A DNA stretch of 64,000 nucleotides from Azolla caroliniana. Its lineage: Eukaryota > Plantae > Polypodiophyta. Position numbers and translations under genes: made by a program. The stretch covers positions 12,896,001 to 12,960,000 of the forward strand of contig JBHGNT010000020.1 in assembly GCA_043228905.1 (NCBI GenBank). The letters are read 5' to 3'. How positions within the stretch are numbered: the first letter of the stretch is position 1; every line of letters starts with the position of its first letter. Positions 63,238-64,000 of this stretch are shown here, in pieces. Under the pieces are notes generated by a model. That model had not been told where the DNA came from, did no database searches, and saw nothing but the letters and a program-made list of their open reading frames with translations.

Positions 63238-64000
63238 ATAATTCTTGGGTGGCAATAATCAAACCTTGTTTGGTTGTGTATGTACAATGTGCTCGGATGC
63301 TCGCACGAATCATTCATGGAATTAGCACTTCTACAACTCGGTCTAAGTTAAGGCTCCTAGATTTGGTGTCCATCCAATGACAATACAAGTCTTCACTTTA
63401 GAAGATATCCATTCCTAAGCCCAATAATTAAAGGAATACTGTTTAAATAGACGAGAATAATTGAAGAGAGGCACACTTCCATGGCATGGGCAAATTCCTA
63501 ACAATATTAGAAAAAAAGAGACAAATGGACATTACATCTATATATATCATGAACCAATTATATACATAAATCTTTTGGGGTAAATCATAATCAATATTTC
63601 ATATAGATCAAACGTCATCTATAGGGTGATATTCTGCATAGATCACATTATTAGTTAGTATCGTTATCAATATCAATGTGTTGTGCCCTCAATAAATTCG
63701 ATGTTGGCAGAGTAAATACCATGCAATTCATGTTCCAAATCTATAGTATTAGAGCAACCTCAAGAATATTTTGGAAAAATGCATGTATTCTTCATTGAGT
63801 GATCTTGTGCATTAACTTTAATTGAGTCCTCGACTTTGGACATAATTCTCCTCCCTAATATTTTGATGCACGTGCATGGTCATCCACCATAATATCGGCA
63901 AACTGATCAGCGTGCAATTCATCATTCGATGACATCTTATGAGGCATCACATTGCTTAATCCACTAAATCTAGTTACTATTCTTGAAATGCCATTCTAGA

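Overview
This is a land-plant nuclear window; the copia gag type and intron-rich genes hint at a non-flowering lineage, which is inference only. Bases 1-17.8 kb are a nest of Ty1/copia LTR retrotransposons. It contains a very young near-intact minus-strand element (369-5790, TSD CTCTT) inserted in a related solo LTR, an RT-less element (9730-14780, TSD TGAGC) that carries a captured Ty3/gypsy pol fragment, and several decayed copies. Four genes follow. PSAT1 has 15 exons (+, 21838-35849). Convergent with it is a 20-exon full-length but highly divergent SMC4-like gene (-, 47087-37555, about 1217 aa by manual splicing). Divergent from that is DIM1/YLS8 (+, 48939-49797). The last is an intronless CC-type glutaredoxin/ROXY (+, 60974-61579) with TGACG motifs upstream and a telomere-motif satellite downstream. 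The best novelty candidate is the non-canonical SMC, which has an altered hinge glycine motif, signature motif and H-loop. All exon models were derived by eye and no database searches were run.
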